Position numbers and translations under genes: made by a program. The notes under the pieces were generated by a model. It saw nothing but the letters and a program-made list of their open reading frames with translations. It made no database searches and was not told where the DNA came from. From a virus (taxonomy: Duplodnaviria; Caudoviricetes), in IMG/VR virus record IMGVR_UViG_3300034104_007004, positions 1 through 52,567 of that record: 52,567 nt of DNA, one strand, 5' to 3'. Every line of letters begins with the position of its first letter. Position 1 is the stretch's first letter. Of the stretch, positions 16,298 through 26,408 are shown in pieces.

Positions 16298-16756
16298 ATG
16301 AAAAACAGAAAAAACTTTTTTAACGCATGGGAAGACTTCGATGAAATCTTCCGTCAATTTTTTGGTCACGAATCAATGATTCGTGGAGATAGAGAAGTTG
16401 AAAAGGGTAAAGACAAAAACGGTGAATGGACTAAAAATACATACACCTCAGAAGACGGTCAAATCCAAATCCACAACTTTGTTAGAACTTCAACCTTCCC
16501 TGAGGAATTTATTAACATGTTTGCGAAACCAAGTAAGAAAACTAACACAATCGAAAACCTCAAACGTGAATTAGATAGAGCAGTGGAGAATGAAGATTTC
16601 CTCTTGGCAATCAAAATCCGTGACATGATTAAGGAAAAAGAAAGTAATAAAGATATTGTTGAAAAACTCGAGAAAGACCTAAAGAACTCGATTGAAAAAC
16701 AAGATTTTGAAACTTCGATAAAAATTAGAGAAGAACTCAAAAAATACCAAAACTAA
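16298..16756 (+). CDS. Double UVR (UvrB/UvrC coiled-coil) motif protein, candidate ClpC adaptor
   Basis: LDRAVENEDFLLAIKIRDMI and LKNSIEKQDFETSIKIREEL. Confidence 0.8.
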   Translation: MKNRKNFFNAWEDFDEIFRQFFGHESMIRGDREVEKGKDKNGEWTKNTYTSEDGQIQIHNFVRTSTFPEEFINMFAKPSKKTNTIENLKRELDRAVENEDFLLAIKIRDMIKEKESNKDIVEKLEKDLKNSIEKQDFETSIKIREELKKYQN

Positions 16757-16759
16757 TAG

Positions 16760-16786
16760 AAACCCTCACATAAAGTGGGGGTTTTT
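16760..16786 (+). terminator. Intrinsic terminator
   Basis: aaaccctcac-ataaa-gtgggggttttt. Confidence 0.7.
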
Positions 16787-16799
16787 AATATTTATTGGT

Positions 16800-17147
16800 A
16801 TGTACGAAAAACTTTTAGATAAATACCTCCAAAATTCGGTCACATGGCAAAATGTCAAGGAGGCTTACATCGCCATACGTTCAGAACTTAAAAGACTCGG
16901 ATATTCCGAAGAAACACTTGAGCGTGTCGACCATATATCAGCCGAGTTAGTTAAACAACAAATGATTTTTGGACACGAATTAAAGCAACTAAGAAAAGAG
17001 TTCAAAAGTATCTTTGGACTTGACGACCACGAACGGGTGTCTGTTTACTTAGAGAACAAAATAAAACCAATAAATGACTTATTCCCTCTGAACGATGTCG
17101 ATAACGAAAGAAGAAATACAAGGGACAAAAATCCTGAACGAGATTAA
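16800..17147 (+). CDS. Hypothetical protein
   Basis: 115 aa ORF preceded by TATTTAT. Confidence 0.65.
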   Translation: MYEKLLDKYLQNSVTWQNVKEAYIAIRSELKRLGYSEETLERVDHISAELVKQQMIFGHELKQLRKEFKSIFGLDDHERVSVYLENKIKPINDLFPLNDVDNERRNTRDKNPERD

Positions 17148-17337
17148 ATCCTCAAATATGGTTCGTAGTGAGTACGACACCTCAACAAAAAAAATGATTG
17201 TTGAATTCAGCAATGGAAGTAAATATGAGTATTTGGAAGTACCACACAAGGTGTACACTCAATTTAGAATGTCGGAATCACAAGGTAAATTTTTTACCAT
17301 CAATATTTCCAAAAAATTCCAATACAACAAACTCTAA
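17095..17337 (+). CDS. KTSC-domain protein
   Basis: IKSSNMVRSEYD....MIVEFSNGSKYEYLEVP..VY..F..SESQGKFF. Confidence 0.88.
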   Translation: MSITKEEIQGTKILNEIKSSNMVRSEYDTSTKKMIVEFSNGSKYEYLEVPHKVYTQFRMSESQGKFFTINISKKFQYNKL

Positions 17338-17357
17338 ACCATTCGTATTTATTAAGG

Positions 17358-18110
17358 ATGAGTGACGAGACGAACATCCTTGGCAGTTTTGGTTTACAAG
17401 ATACACTTAATCCCAAAATTTGGGAAAACGCTGATAGCGCCAAAGACTCACGTATGAAACCAAAAGTACGTGAAGCCCTTATGAAAATTGCGGAAAAATT
17501 TCAAGGGGATTTATCTGAAGACTTAAAAGTGGATGATGTAATATTGACAGGTTCATTGGCAAACTTTAATTGGTCAAGATACTCAGATTTTGATTTACAC
17601 TTGGTTATTGATTATAAAGAATTCAAAAATCAGTCGGAATTATATGAAGAACTTTTTCAACTGAAAAAACAACTCTTCAATAACAAACATGACATCAAAA
17701 TTTTCGGATATGAAGTTGAGTTGTATCCACAAGACGCTGAAGAACAACATTTCAGTAGTGGAGTATATTCAGTACAGAATGACAAATGGGTTAAGACACC
17801 CTCTAAGAAAACGGAAGAAATTGATAGGGAGACTTTGAGGAGTAAGGCCAATTCTTGGAAACAAAAAATTGAGACTTTAATTTCCGACATAAAAAAAAAT
17901 GGATTAGAAAAATCTGAGACCAAACTAAAAACTTTTAAAGATAAATTAAAAGAGTATAGAACCGCTGGTTTGGAAAAGGGCGGTGAGTTTTCTTACGAAA
18001 ATTTGGTCTTCAAATACCTCCGTAGGTCAGGTCTTATAGAAAAACTTTATGACACAGTCAACAAACAATCTGATAAAGAACTATCAGTTGAGGTAAGAAA
18101 AGTAGATTAA
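17358..18110 (+). CDS. Pol-beta-superfamily nucleotidyltransferase
   Basis: LTGSLANFNWSRYSDFDLHLVID (GS...DxD) plus VELY third carboxylate. Confidence 0.8.
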   Translation: MSDETNILGSFGLQDTLNPKIWENADSAKDSRMKPKVREALMKIAEKFQGDLSEDLKVDDVILTGSLANFNWSRYSDFDLHLVIDYKEFKNQSELYEELFQLKKQLFNNKHDIKIFGYEVELYPQDAEEQHFSSGVYSVQNDKWVKTPSKKTEEIDRETLRSKANSWKQKIETLISDIKKNGLEKSETKLKTFKDKLKEYRTAGLEKGGEFSYENLVFKYLRRSGLIEKLYDTVNKQSDKELSVEVRKVD

Positions 18111-18177
18111 GGGATAATTGGAATATTTATAAGTTAAATAATTCCCTTTTTAAGGTATATTTATAGGAAAAAAATAG

Positions 18178-19026
18178 ATGGCAACCATAACATATCTAAT
18201 AGCCCCTTGTGCCGGTGGGTCGGCAGTAACCGTTGAGTTTAGTGCGAGCACATTACCCGTAGTTGGAGGAAACTATTATTTGAACTTTACGGGTGATACA
18301 ACACCAGGTTGTTATGAGGTTGCTGATACCGCCGAACCAGGTACAGGAACTGATGAGGTTACAGGTGCTTTAGGAACTAATTATGGTGATTGTGTAACGT
18401 GTTTAGAAGCAAACGTAACTCCAACTCCTACCCCGACATCCACAGTCACCCCCACCCCAACAGTAACATCTACGAGAACTCCAACACCAACACCAACGAG
18501 AACGGTTACTCCAACAGTCACGAGTTCGATTACACCAACACCTTCGGTTACAAGTAGTGTGACACCTACAGTTACGAGAACTTCCTCGCCAACTCCTACT
18601 CCTTCAGTTACAACAACCGTTACACCATCAATAACTCCAACTCGAACTGTTACTCCATCTGTAACATCTTCACTAACACCAACACCATCAGTAACTTCAA
18701 GTGTTACCCCAACCCCATCTGTGACCCCAACGAGAACAGTCACACCTACGGTGTCTCCAACAAGCACTGTTACCCCAACTGTGACTAGTACTTCTACTCC
18801 CACCCCAACACCAACAATGACACCAACACCATCAAACTTTGGTATTTTTGAGGTTGATGTTCAATATACCTATTATGATTGTTACACTTGTTCGGGTGAT
18901 ACAATTTCAAGACCAGTTCCACACCCTGTGGATTGGGTACCTGTTGGCCCTAACGGACAACGCCAAGGCACGGTAATCGATATGAGTGCTGTTGCTCTTG
19001 GTGGATTTAACGGATTAAATAACTAA
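18178..19026 (+). CDS. Pro/Thr/Ser-rich (mucin-like) putative virion protein
   Basis: About 140 aa TPTPSVT low-complexity tract flanked by Cys-containing domains (YGDCVTCL, YDCYTC). Confidence 0.85.
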   Translation: MATITYLIAPCAGGSAVTVEFSASTLPVVGGNYYLNFTGDTTPGCYEVADTAEPGTGTDEVTGALGTNYGDCVTCLEANVTPTPTPTSTVTPTPTVTSTRTPTPTPTRTVTPTVTSSITPTPSVTSSVTPTVTRTSSPTPTPSVTTTVTPSITPTRTVTPSVTSSLTPTPSVTSSVTPTPSVTPTRTVTPTVSPTSTVTPTVTSTSTPTPTPTMTPTPSNFGIFEVDVQYTYYDCYTCSGDTISRPVPHPVDWVPVGPNGQRQGTVIDMSAVALGGFNGLNN

Positions 19027-19042
19027 TAACAAAAACAAGACC

Positions 19043-20236
19043 ATGGCAAAACTAAAACCTATCGGTAGTGAAAAACTACAAGGTGAGGACAAACTCAAAA
19101 GAATTATGGAAATTGCAACATTCCGAATGCCAAATTCCACAATTTCTGAAAGCTCCTCTGATTACTCAATCGGTTTGGTTGACGGAAATACCTATCATAT
19201 TGTAAAAGAAAAAAACGGTTACATTATTAAGAAGGGTGTTAACGAATCAACATCTGATTATATTGAGCCAATCGAAAATAGAAAACATTATAACTCTTAT
19301 TCACAAGCGTTGAAGAGACTTAACTTAATAATTAAAGAAGTTAATACCTTGAATGGACATGAAGAGGAGGTAACTCTTTTTGGGGAACAAAAAAAGTTTG
19401 TTCTTAAGTCTCCAAGACCAATGGAGCCTGTCGCACCTGTGGCAGATGAACCAGCAGTTCCTGCTGAACCACCTGTGGTACCTGAACCAGAATTACCACA
19501 AGATAACGCTGGTGAAGAAATAGATGTAACTACAAGTGACGAGATGGATATGACGGACGTACCTTTGGATTCAGAGGAAGGTAATATCGGCGGAATGGAA
19601 GTTGACGACAAAGTTTCTTGGAAGGTTATTCAAAAACTCACAGGTAAACTTACTCAGAAATTGAGATTGTTTGCCGATGATGAAGAAATGACTTCTGAAA
19701 ACATCAAGTATGTTATCAACATGGTGTTATCGTCATTAGATTTAGCTAAGTTATCGACTGAAGATACTGAAGATATCATGACTAAGTTTGAGGACATCGA
19801 AGCTGGTGATGAAATGGATATGGGTTCAGAAATGCCAATGGGTGAACCTGAAGTTGACATGAGTGATGAAGAAATGGACATTTCGATGGAAGGTCCAACA
19901 GACGAATCTTATGGAAAAACACAAATTTACGATTCTTTGTATAAGGAAAGTAAAGTTGACAAAGTATTGAGTAAGTACTTTGAAATCACTGAATCTGAGA
20001 AAAAGTTCAACAAGGAAGTTAATAAAGAACGAAAGTCTTTAACTGAGAGTCAAATCAATTTCATGATTGACAAAATTGAAGAACTTTCTCAAACAATTGA
20101 ACAAGAATTGGCGGGAAAAGAATTTGTAAAAGAAAATTCGGATTTTCGTTTGGTTGGAAAAACTAACTTGAACAATTTGGTTTTTGAAAACAAGACTAAA
20201 CAGGTAAAAGTATCTCCTGAAGGAATCGTATTATGA
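19043..20236 (+). CDS. Putative head-associated acidic protein
   Basis: 397 aa, acidic linkers, multiple (L/I/V)xE sites, located in the head module. Confidence 0.65.
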   Translation: MAKLKPIGSEKLQGEDKLKRIMEIATFRMPNSTISESSSDYSIGLVDGNTYHIVKEKNGYIIKKGVNESTSDYIEPIENRKHYNSYSQALKRLNLIIKEVNTLNGHEEEVTLFGEQKKFVLKSPRPMEPVAPVADEPAVPAEPPVVPEPELPQDNAGEEIDVTTSDEMDMTDVPLDSEEGNIGGMEVDDKVSWKVIQKLTGKLTQKLRLFADDEEMTSENIKYVINMVLSSLDLAKLSTEDTEDIMTKFEDIEAGDEMDMGSEMPMGEPEVDMSDEEMDISMEGPTDESYGKTQIYDSLYKESKVDKVLSKYFEITESEKKFNKEVNKERKSLTESQINFMIDKIEELSQTIEQELAGKEFVKENSDFRLVGKTNLNNLVFENKTKQVKVSPEGIVL

Positions 20237-20628
20237 GTTACCTTATCTATGTAAACGGACTTGGTCCTGACTACAAGGGTAACAATTTATACGAGTTTAT
20301 CTTTTCGGATGAGTTGGACGTTTGGGGTGAGGCATGGGAATCAAATCCATCTAATGGATACCCTTCTCCTCCTGAGCTCAAACACATTAGGAAAGTAGGT
20401 ACACTCAGAAATACCGATATAAAATTTGAGTTAATTCAAAATTCCGATTTTTTCAACATGTCAGATGCCATGGATGATGTTGTTGCGTTGGGTTGGGAAG
20501 TAAACGAAGAGAATGTTGGTAAACGAATGGTGTTCCGTTTCGGAGAAGAGGAAAAGACCGTTAAAAATAAACTTTACGAAAGAGATTTGATTCTCGAATT
20601 TGAAAAAACTGTGGTTTATGAGAACTAA
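20233..20628 (+). CDS. Hypothetical protein
   Basis: 131 aa; ATGA overlap with upstream gene. Confidence 0.75.
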   Translation: MSYLIYVNGLGPDYKGNNLYEFIFSDELDVWGEAWESNPSNGYPSPPELKHIRKVGTLRNTDIKFELIQNSDFFNMSDAMDDVVALGWEVNEENVGKRMVFRFGEEEKTVKNKLYERDLILEFEKTVVYEN

Positions 20629-21502
20629 TAACAAAACAAAAGCTCTTATGGGAATGGGACTGAGTCTCAATGTGATTTCCAAATTGAATGAAAATCAAAT
20701 CAATACTCTTTTTGAAAAGTTTGGTCTTTTAGAACAAGGCGCTGTAATGATAAGTGCGGATAAGGCAAGTCGTGACCCACAAAAGTTGAAGGATTTGACC
20801 GCAAGAGGTATTAATATAAGAATCGAAGGGGATGTAACTGAAGATAATGTCGACGTGACGGGTTCTGCTATGGGAGGAGCTACGACACAAGCTCCACACC
20901 AAATTATGTCTCCTGATGGAATGGGAGATGACAGTGACAAGGAAATTGACAAATATGAGGACATGACAGAACAAAAGTCAAAAGAACTCAAAAAGAAAGA
21001 GTCAAATCCATTTGCTATATGCCACGCTCAACTTGGTCCTGAAAGAGATGACAAGTTTGAGAGATGTGTTAAAAAGGTTAAGAAAAGTTTAAAGGAGGGA
21101 GAATCACCCTATGCTTTTTTCATTGAAGAAAAAATCGTATCTTTGGTCGAGAGTTACATCCAACCAAGAATGACAAAAAAAGATTTAATGAAAATGATTG
21201 AGGAAACACCTATGATACGTAAACCCCTATACCGTCCCAAGACTAAGGGACTTGTTGGGAATATGAAAATGAACAAACCAATTGGTAAACTTATGTCTTT
21301 AGGTAAGACGATGGCTACCGAGGACGCACCAACAACTGCTCCACCAAAAACAAGACCTACCACTAAGCCAAGACCAGGTGTTAGACCATCTCATCCAGGT
21401 AAAAACCCGAAACCGGGTGTTAATCCTGAACCAAAGGCTATGGCAGAAAAGGCTAAAAAAGATGTGTTGAAAATTATTAAGGACATTCTCAATGGCAAGT
21501 AA
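20618..21502 (+). CDS. Putative head-associated protein (likely start 20618)
   Basis: NPFAIC...FERCV motif and Pro-rich C-terminus. Confidence 0.65.
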   Translation: MRTNNKTKALMGMGLSLNVISKLNENQINTLFEKFGLLEQGAVMISADKASRDPQKLKDLTARGINIRIEGDVTEDNVDVTGSAMGGATTQAPHQIMSPDGMGDDSDKEIDKYEDMTEQKSKELKKKESNPFAICHAQLGPERDDKFERCVKKVKKSLKEGESPYAFFIEEKIVSLVESYIQPRMTKKDLMKMIEETPMIRKPLYRPKTKGLVGNMKMNKPIGKLMSLGKTMATEDAPTTAPPKTRPTTKPRPGVRPSHPGKNPKPGVNPEPKAMAEKAKKDVLKIIKDILNGK

Positions 21503-22706
21503 AAGAATTAAAGAACAAATCGATTACGGGGACACTCCCGAAAGAATGAGTCGTTCCTTGGAGAGAAAAATTTCTGACCCTCAATCTCCGTTTGCCGTCA
21601 ATCCGGCGTTTGAAAAAAAAGAAGAAGACGTACAGAGACTAATAACTAATAGATTTAAAAAAGTTGCTGAAAAGTTGAGAAGTTCGACTGGATTTCCTGT
21701 GACTGACCAACAAGTACAAATGATGCTTAATATGGAATTAATTAGAGCAGTCAACATAACAATGCGGATTGAAAGCCAACACAATGAAGAACTCGTGGAT
21801 TTGGCTATTGAAGCTTCATTAGAAGAAATTCAAATGCCTGAGGATTGGTTTGAAATTGATGCTCATTTAGGTTTCGACCGAGCACCTGAATTACCCATGG
21901 GAGGAGGAAAACCTCCGAAGGTATCTATGGGCAAAGAGTATGATGTTACTTTAGAAATGCACAAGAGGAATATCATCAATGCTATAATTCAAGGTACCTC
22001 AAAAAAAGGACACTATGTTTTTCAAAAACCTGAAATACGTGAACGACTTGATGATATAAGTCCACTTTTATACGATAACTATCTGAAAATTATGGCTCTT
22101 AATGACTTCTTGTATTTCACTCAGGACCAAGCGATAGAAAATTGGTCTCAAACTCAAACTGGAGTTGGTGGATACGTAAAATTAGAAGATTCAGATAGTT
22201 CTGATGAAGACGGAGATGGCGCTCCTGACACACGAATAAAAGCTTCGGGTATGATTTTCCCGATTTTATGTCACGAGATTATCAAAGGTTTGGAAGAAGC
22301 TAAAGGTAGATACGGTTTTCCTGAGGATGAAGAAATTAGACAAGTAGTTTTACAAAAGACTGATACTTTACCTATGGAGTCGTGGACACTGAGAATCGGA
22401 CCTGAAATCGTTGAAAAACTCAGATTTGCGTTACCTGATGAGGTCTACGAAGATGAAAATAAAGGAATAATAAACTGGTTCCAAATGGAACTCTATAAAC
22501 TTCCTGCTGAGGAATTTCTAAAAATTATTGGGAATATCATTTCCGAGGACCGGTCAAAGAACAGGAAAGGGGAAGAAAGTTTCAAAGAAATTCTACAAAT
22601 TGCCAAAAAGAAAAAAGAAGAATTCGAAGGATTTGAGCCAAATGACTCAGATGACCAAGATGGTTTAGATTTCTTAGCAGGATTGGGTATTTCCCGACCT
22701 GACTAA
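21492..22706 (+). CDS. Hypothetical protein upstream of terminase
   Basis: 404 aa ORF overlapping the previous gene. Confidence 0.75.
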   Translation: MASKRIKEQIDYGDTPERMSRSLERKISDPQSPFAVNPAFEKKEEDVQRLITNRFKKVAEKLRSSTGFPVTDQQVQMMLNMELIRAVNITMRIESQHNEELVDLAIEASLEEIQMPEDWFEIDAHLGFDRAPELPMGGGKPPKVSMGKEYDVTLEMHKRNIINAIIQGTSKKGHYVFQKPEIRERLDDISPLLYDNYLKIMALNDFLYFTQDQAIENWSQTQTGVGGYVKLEDSDSSDEDGDGAPDTRIKASGMIFPILCHEIIKGLEEAKGRYGFPEDEEIRQVVLQKTDTLPMESWTLRIGPEIVEKLRFALPDEVYEDENKGIINWFQMELYKLPAEEFLKIIGNIISEDRSKNRKGEESFKEILQIAKKKKEEFEGFEPNDSDDQDGLDFLAGLGISRPD

Positions 22707-22714
22707 GAAAGTCT

Positions 22715-24478
22715 ATGACTAAAGAACAACTAATTATTGAGTATAAAAAATGTCTTAAGAGTACCCCCTATGCTCTTAGGACTTATTTACAAACCTACGA
22801 TAACACAATTTCTAGGTATGTTCCTTTGGAGTTGTTTTCTGACCAATTTGAGTTGGTAAATGACTATGAAAATTTTAATGAAAATATTGCCCTGAAATAC
22901 AGACAAGCAGGTGTTTCTACCGTGACAGCCGCTTGGGCTAGTAAAAGACTTGCTTTTGCTCGTAAAGAAAAACCTGAAAAAGTTTTGATTATTGCAAACA
23001 AACTTGACACCTCTGTTGAATTTGCAAATAAAATTAGGGCATTTATCGAACAATGGCCCAGTTGGGTTGGTATTGGATTTTCTGGCGAAAAAAATGCCGC
23101 AAAACACTATAAATTGAATAATGGTTGTGAGGTCAAGGCGGTTGCCACTTCTAAGGACGCCCTACGTGGATACACACCTACGATTCTTATATTTGACGAA
23201 GCGGCTTTTATCGAAGCCGACAGTGATTTTTGGCCGGCTTGTATGGCGTCACTATCTACGGGTGGTAAAGTTATCGTTATTTCAACCCCTAACGGATTCG
23301 ACCCTATCTACTACGAAATCTACGACCAAACACTTCGTGGAATGAATGATTTCAAAATTACTGAAATGTATTGGTTCCGTGACCCACGTTATACAAAAGA
23401 TTTGTATATGGTAAAGTGTAACGACATTGTTCACTATCTTCTTAACAAAGAGGAATATCCAAAAGACGTCGTTGTGGATTTATCCCATGAGAATCACCGC
23501 GAAAGAACTCTGACCGATTTACAAGCATTCATTGCCGACGGATACAAACCATGTTCTTCTTGGTTTGAGAGTATGGTAAAAAAATTCAAATACGACAAAC
23601 GTAAGGTTGCGCAGGAATTGGAGTGTAACTTTTTAGGTTCTGGCGACAACGTATTTGACTCTCAGTTGGTTCAGACAATCATGAAAAATGATGTTAGGGA
23701 ACCGGCAGCCAAACTTATTGGTGGACAACTTTGGATTTGGAAAGAACCTGAGAACGGACACAAATATGTCATGGGAATTGACGTTTCCCGTGGTGATTCC
23801 GAGGATTTTTCATGTATTGAAATTATTGATTTTGACAGTAGAGAACAGGTATTGGAATTTGTTGGAAAAGTCCCACCTGATATTTTAGCGGAGATTGGTT
23901 ACAAGTGGGGTAATATGTACAACGCACTTTGTGTTACGGATTTGACTGGAGGAATGGGTGTCGCTACTTCAAGAAAATTACAAGAACTTGGGTACGAGTT
24001 GTTCTACTATGATGGGGTGGATATGACAAATTTGTGGAAGTTTGACCCAAGAGTCAAAGACAAAATACCTGGAATTAATTTCAATAGTAAAAGAGTCCAA
24101 ATTATTGCGGCATTCGAAGAAAACATTCGACATGAGTTTAAAGTTAGGAGTAGTCGTTTGATTAATGAAATGGGTACATTTGTTTACATCAATGGAAGAC
24201 CTGACCACCAAAGAGGTCATCATGATGATTGTATCATGTCTATCGCCATCGCTCTTTATGCCGCGGAGGCGGCTTTTCCATCTTTGGTAAAGGTTACCAA
24301 CCATACCAAAGCGATGATTAATTCATGGGCGACCCATGTGAATGAAAATACTGAAAGGTCTGATTTTTTTAATCCAATGATTCCACAATTCCCGAATCAA
24401 AATGGAATGGGTAGACCAAACCAACAAGTATCTCGTGAGGATTATCAGAAATACGGATGGTTATTTGGTATCCGTTAG
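22715..24478 (+). CDS. terL: Terminase large subunit (T4 gp17-like)
   Basis: KYRQAGVST Walker A, LIFDEAAF Walker B, ISTPNG motif III, GIDVSRG...D nuclease acid residues, HHDDCIM. Confidence 0.95.
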   Translation: MTKEQLIIEYKKCLKSTPYALRTYLQTYDNTISRYVPLELFSDQFELVNDYENFNENIALKYRQAGVSTVTAAWASKRLAFARKEKPEKVLIIANKLDTSVEFANKIRAFIEQWPSWVGIGFSGEKNAAKHYKLNNGCEVKAVATSKDALRGYTPTILIFDEAAFIEADSDFWPACMASLSTGGKVIVISTPNGFDPIYYEIYDQTLRGMNDFKITEMYWFRDPRYTKDLYMVKCNDIVHYLLNKEEYPKDVVVDLSHENHRERTLTDLQAFIADGYKPCSSWFESMVKKFKYDKRKVAQELECNFLGSGDNVFDSQLVQTIMKNDVREPAAKLIGGQLWIWKEPENGHKYVMGIDVSRGDSEDFSCIEIIDFDSREQVLEFVGKVPPDILAEIGYKWGNMYNALCVTDLTGGMGVATSRKLQELGYELFYYDGVDMTNLWKFDPRVKDKIPGINFNSKRVQIIAAFEENIRHEFKVRSSRLINEMGTFVYINGRPDHQRGHHDDCIMSIAIALYAAEAAFPSLVKVTNHTKAMINSWATHVNENTERSDFFNPMIPQFPNQNGMGRPNQQVSREDYQKYGWLFGIR

Positions 24479-24517
24479 TATTTATTATGTACTACACTAA
24501 GTTAAGTTTATCCTAAT

Positions 24518-26380
24518 ATGGACCAAAAGAATATGACAGTATGGCAAAGGTTATCGAGGGCTCTCGGTCCTGATGCTTTACTGAGTCAAGATTTCCCAAC
24601 TTACAAGTTCGACAAAAAAGAACTTCTGAGAACTACAGACAAAGCCACTTACGAGAAAGAAAAATTACAGGGTCAACAAAGTGTTTATTTGGCAAACCAA
24701 TTTGCTAAAGTTGAGAGTAATCTTTACACACAAGCAATCTACTACGAACCAAACAGATTGGCTTCGTACTACGATTTCGAGTCCATGGAATATACCCCTG
24801 AAATTTCAGCCGCTTTAGACATTTACGCCGAAGAATCTACCACACCAAATGAAGATGGGTATATTCTACAGATTTATTCTGAATCAAAAAGAATCAAATC
24901 AGTGTTAGCCGACTTGTTCAATAATAACTTGGACATCAACACCAACTTACCTATGTGGACAAGAAATACATGTAAGTATGGTGATGATTTTGTATACCTA
25001 CGTTTGGACCCCGAAAAAGGGGTAATTGGTTGTCAACAACTTCCAAACATCGAAATCGAAAGATTTGAAACAGGTATGATGGAAAGAAATATTACATCTG
25101 ATGTCAAACCTTCAAAAGAAAACAAGGGTCTTACTTTCCAATGGAAAACAAGAAACATGGAATTTCAACCATGGGAAATTGCTCACTTCAGATTATTAGG
25201 TGATGACAGAAAACTTCCTTATGGTACTTCCATGTTAGAAAAGTCACGTAGAATTTGGAAACAATTGTTGTTGTCAGAAGATGCAATGTTGATTTATCGT
25301 ACCTCGAGAGCGCCTGAAAGACGTATCTTCAAAGTTTATGTTGGAAACATGAACGATGACGATGTTGAAGCATATGTAAACCGTGTTGCCAATAAGTTTA
25401 AGAGACAACAAATTGTTGATTCGAAAACAGGGCAAGTTGATATGAGATTCAACCAAATGGCGGTAGACCAAGATTACTTTATACCTGTTCGTGACCCATC
25501 GACACCTTCACCAATTGAAACTTTGGCGGGAGCTCAGAACTTGTCTGAAATTGCGGATATTGAATACATTCAAAAAAAGTTGGTGACAGCTCTTCGTATT
25601 CCTAAGGCTTTTCTCGGATTCGAAGAAACGGTTGGAGATGGTAAAACTTTAGCGTTGATGGATATTCGTTTCGCACGTACCATCAATAGAATTCAAAAGT
25701 CCATGATTCAGGAGTTGAACAAAATTGCAATTGTTCACCTTTTCTTGTTAGGATTTGAGGAAGAAATTTCGAATTTCACTTTAGGACTGACCAACCCATC
25801 AACTCAAGCTGATTTGTTGAAGGTAGACATTTGGAAAGAAAAAGTTCTTCTTTATCGTGACATGGTTTCAGACCCTGGTAATGGAATTCAACCAACTTCC
25901 TCTACTTGGGCAAAAAAACATATCTTTAATTTCTCTGATGAGGAAATTCGTTTGGACTTGTTACAACAACGTCTTGAAAGAGCTATTGGTGAGGAATTGA
26001 AACAGACTCCTGTCGTTATCAGTAAGACAGGATTGTTTGATACTATTGACAAACTTTATGGAACAAAAGGTGGTGGTGAAACCACCGCTCAAGCAACCGC
26101 TGCGGGAGAAGAAACTGTTCCACCACCAAGTATGCCGGGTGGTTTATCTGATTTAGGGGGAGAAACAGGAGAACCTGACTTGGGTGGTGAAATTCCGCCA
26201 GCAGGTGAAGAAGCTGCCGCTGCTACCGCAGGTGGAGAAATTACTCCCGAGTCAAAAAAGAGGGACATGAATATATTGATTGAAAGTGATATGTGGAGTA
26301 GTAAATTTTTGGATTTGGGTGTGGGGCAACAATCTTTAGGAGAAATTGGGGATGAATTAGACAAGTTGTTGAATTCGTAA
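24518..26380 (+). CDS. Portal protein (T4 gp20-like)
   Basis: EDAMLIYRTSRAPERRIFKVYVGNM, DYFIPVR, IETLAGAQNL, DIEYIQKKL..ALRIP. Confidence 0.95.
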   Translation: MDQKNMTVWQRLSRALGPDALLSQDFPTYKFDKKELLRTTDKATYEKEKLQGQQSVYLANQFAKVESNLYTQAIYYEPNRLASYYDFESMEYTPEISAALDIYAEESTTPNEDGYILQIYSESKRIKSVLADLFNNNLDINTNLPMWTRNTCKYGDDFVYLRLDPEKGVIGCQQLPNIEIERFETGMMERNITSDVKPSKENKGLTFQWKTRNMEFQPWEIAHFRLLGDDRKLPYGTSMLEKSRRIWKQLLLSEDAMLIYRTSRAPERRIFKVYVGNMNDDDVEAYVNRVANKFKRQQIVDSKTGQVDMRFNQMAVDQDYFIPVRDPSTPSPIETLAGAQNLSEIADIEYIQKKLVTALRIPKAFLGFEETVGDGKTLALMDIRFARTINRIQKSMIQELNKIAIVHLFLLGFEEEISNFTLGLTNPSTQADLLKVDIWKEKVLLYRDMVSDPGNGIQPTSSTWAKKHIFNFSDEEIRLDLLQQRLERAIGEELKQTPVVISKTGLFDTIDKLYGTKGGGETTAQATAAGEETVPPPSMPGGLSDLGGETGEPDLGGEIPPAGEEAAAATAGGEITPESKKRDMNILIESDMWSSKFLDLGVGQQSLGEIGDELDKLLNS

Positions 26381-26408
26381 TATTTATTGTTGATAAAATA
26401 CAACCCCA

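Noticed and set aside
18381-18803. ORF-track Val/Gly/Thr-rich minus-strand ORF
   Set aside because: Antisense shadow of the TPTPSVT tract
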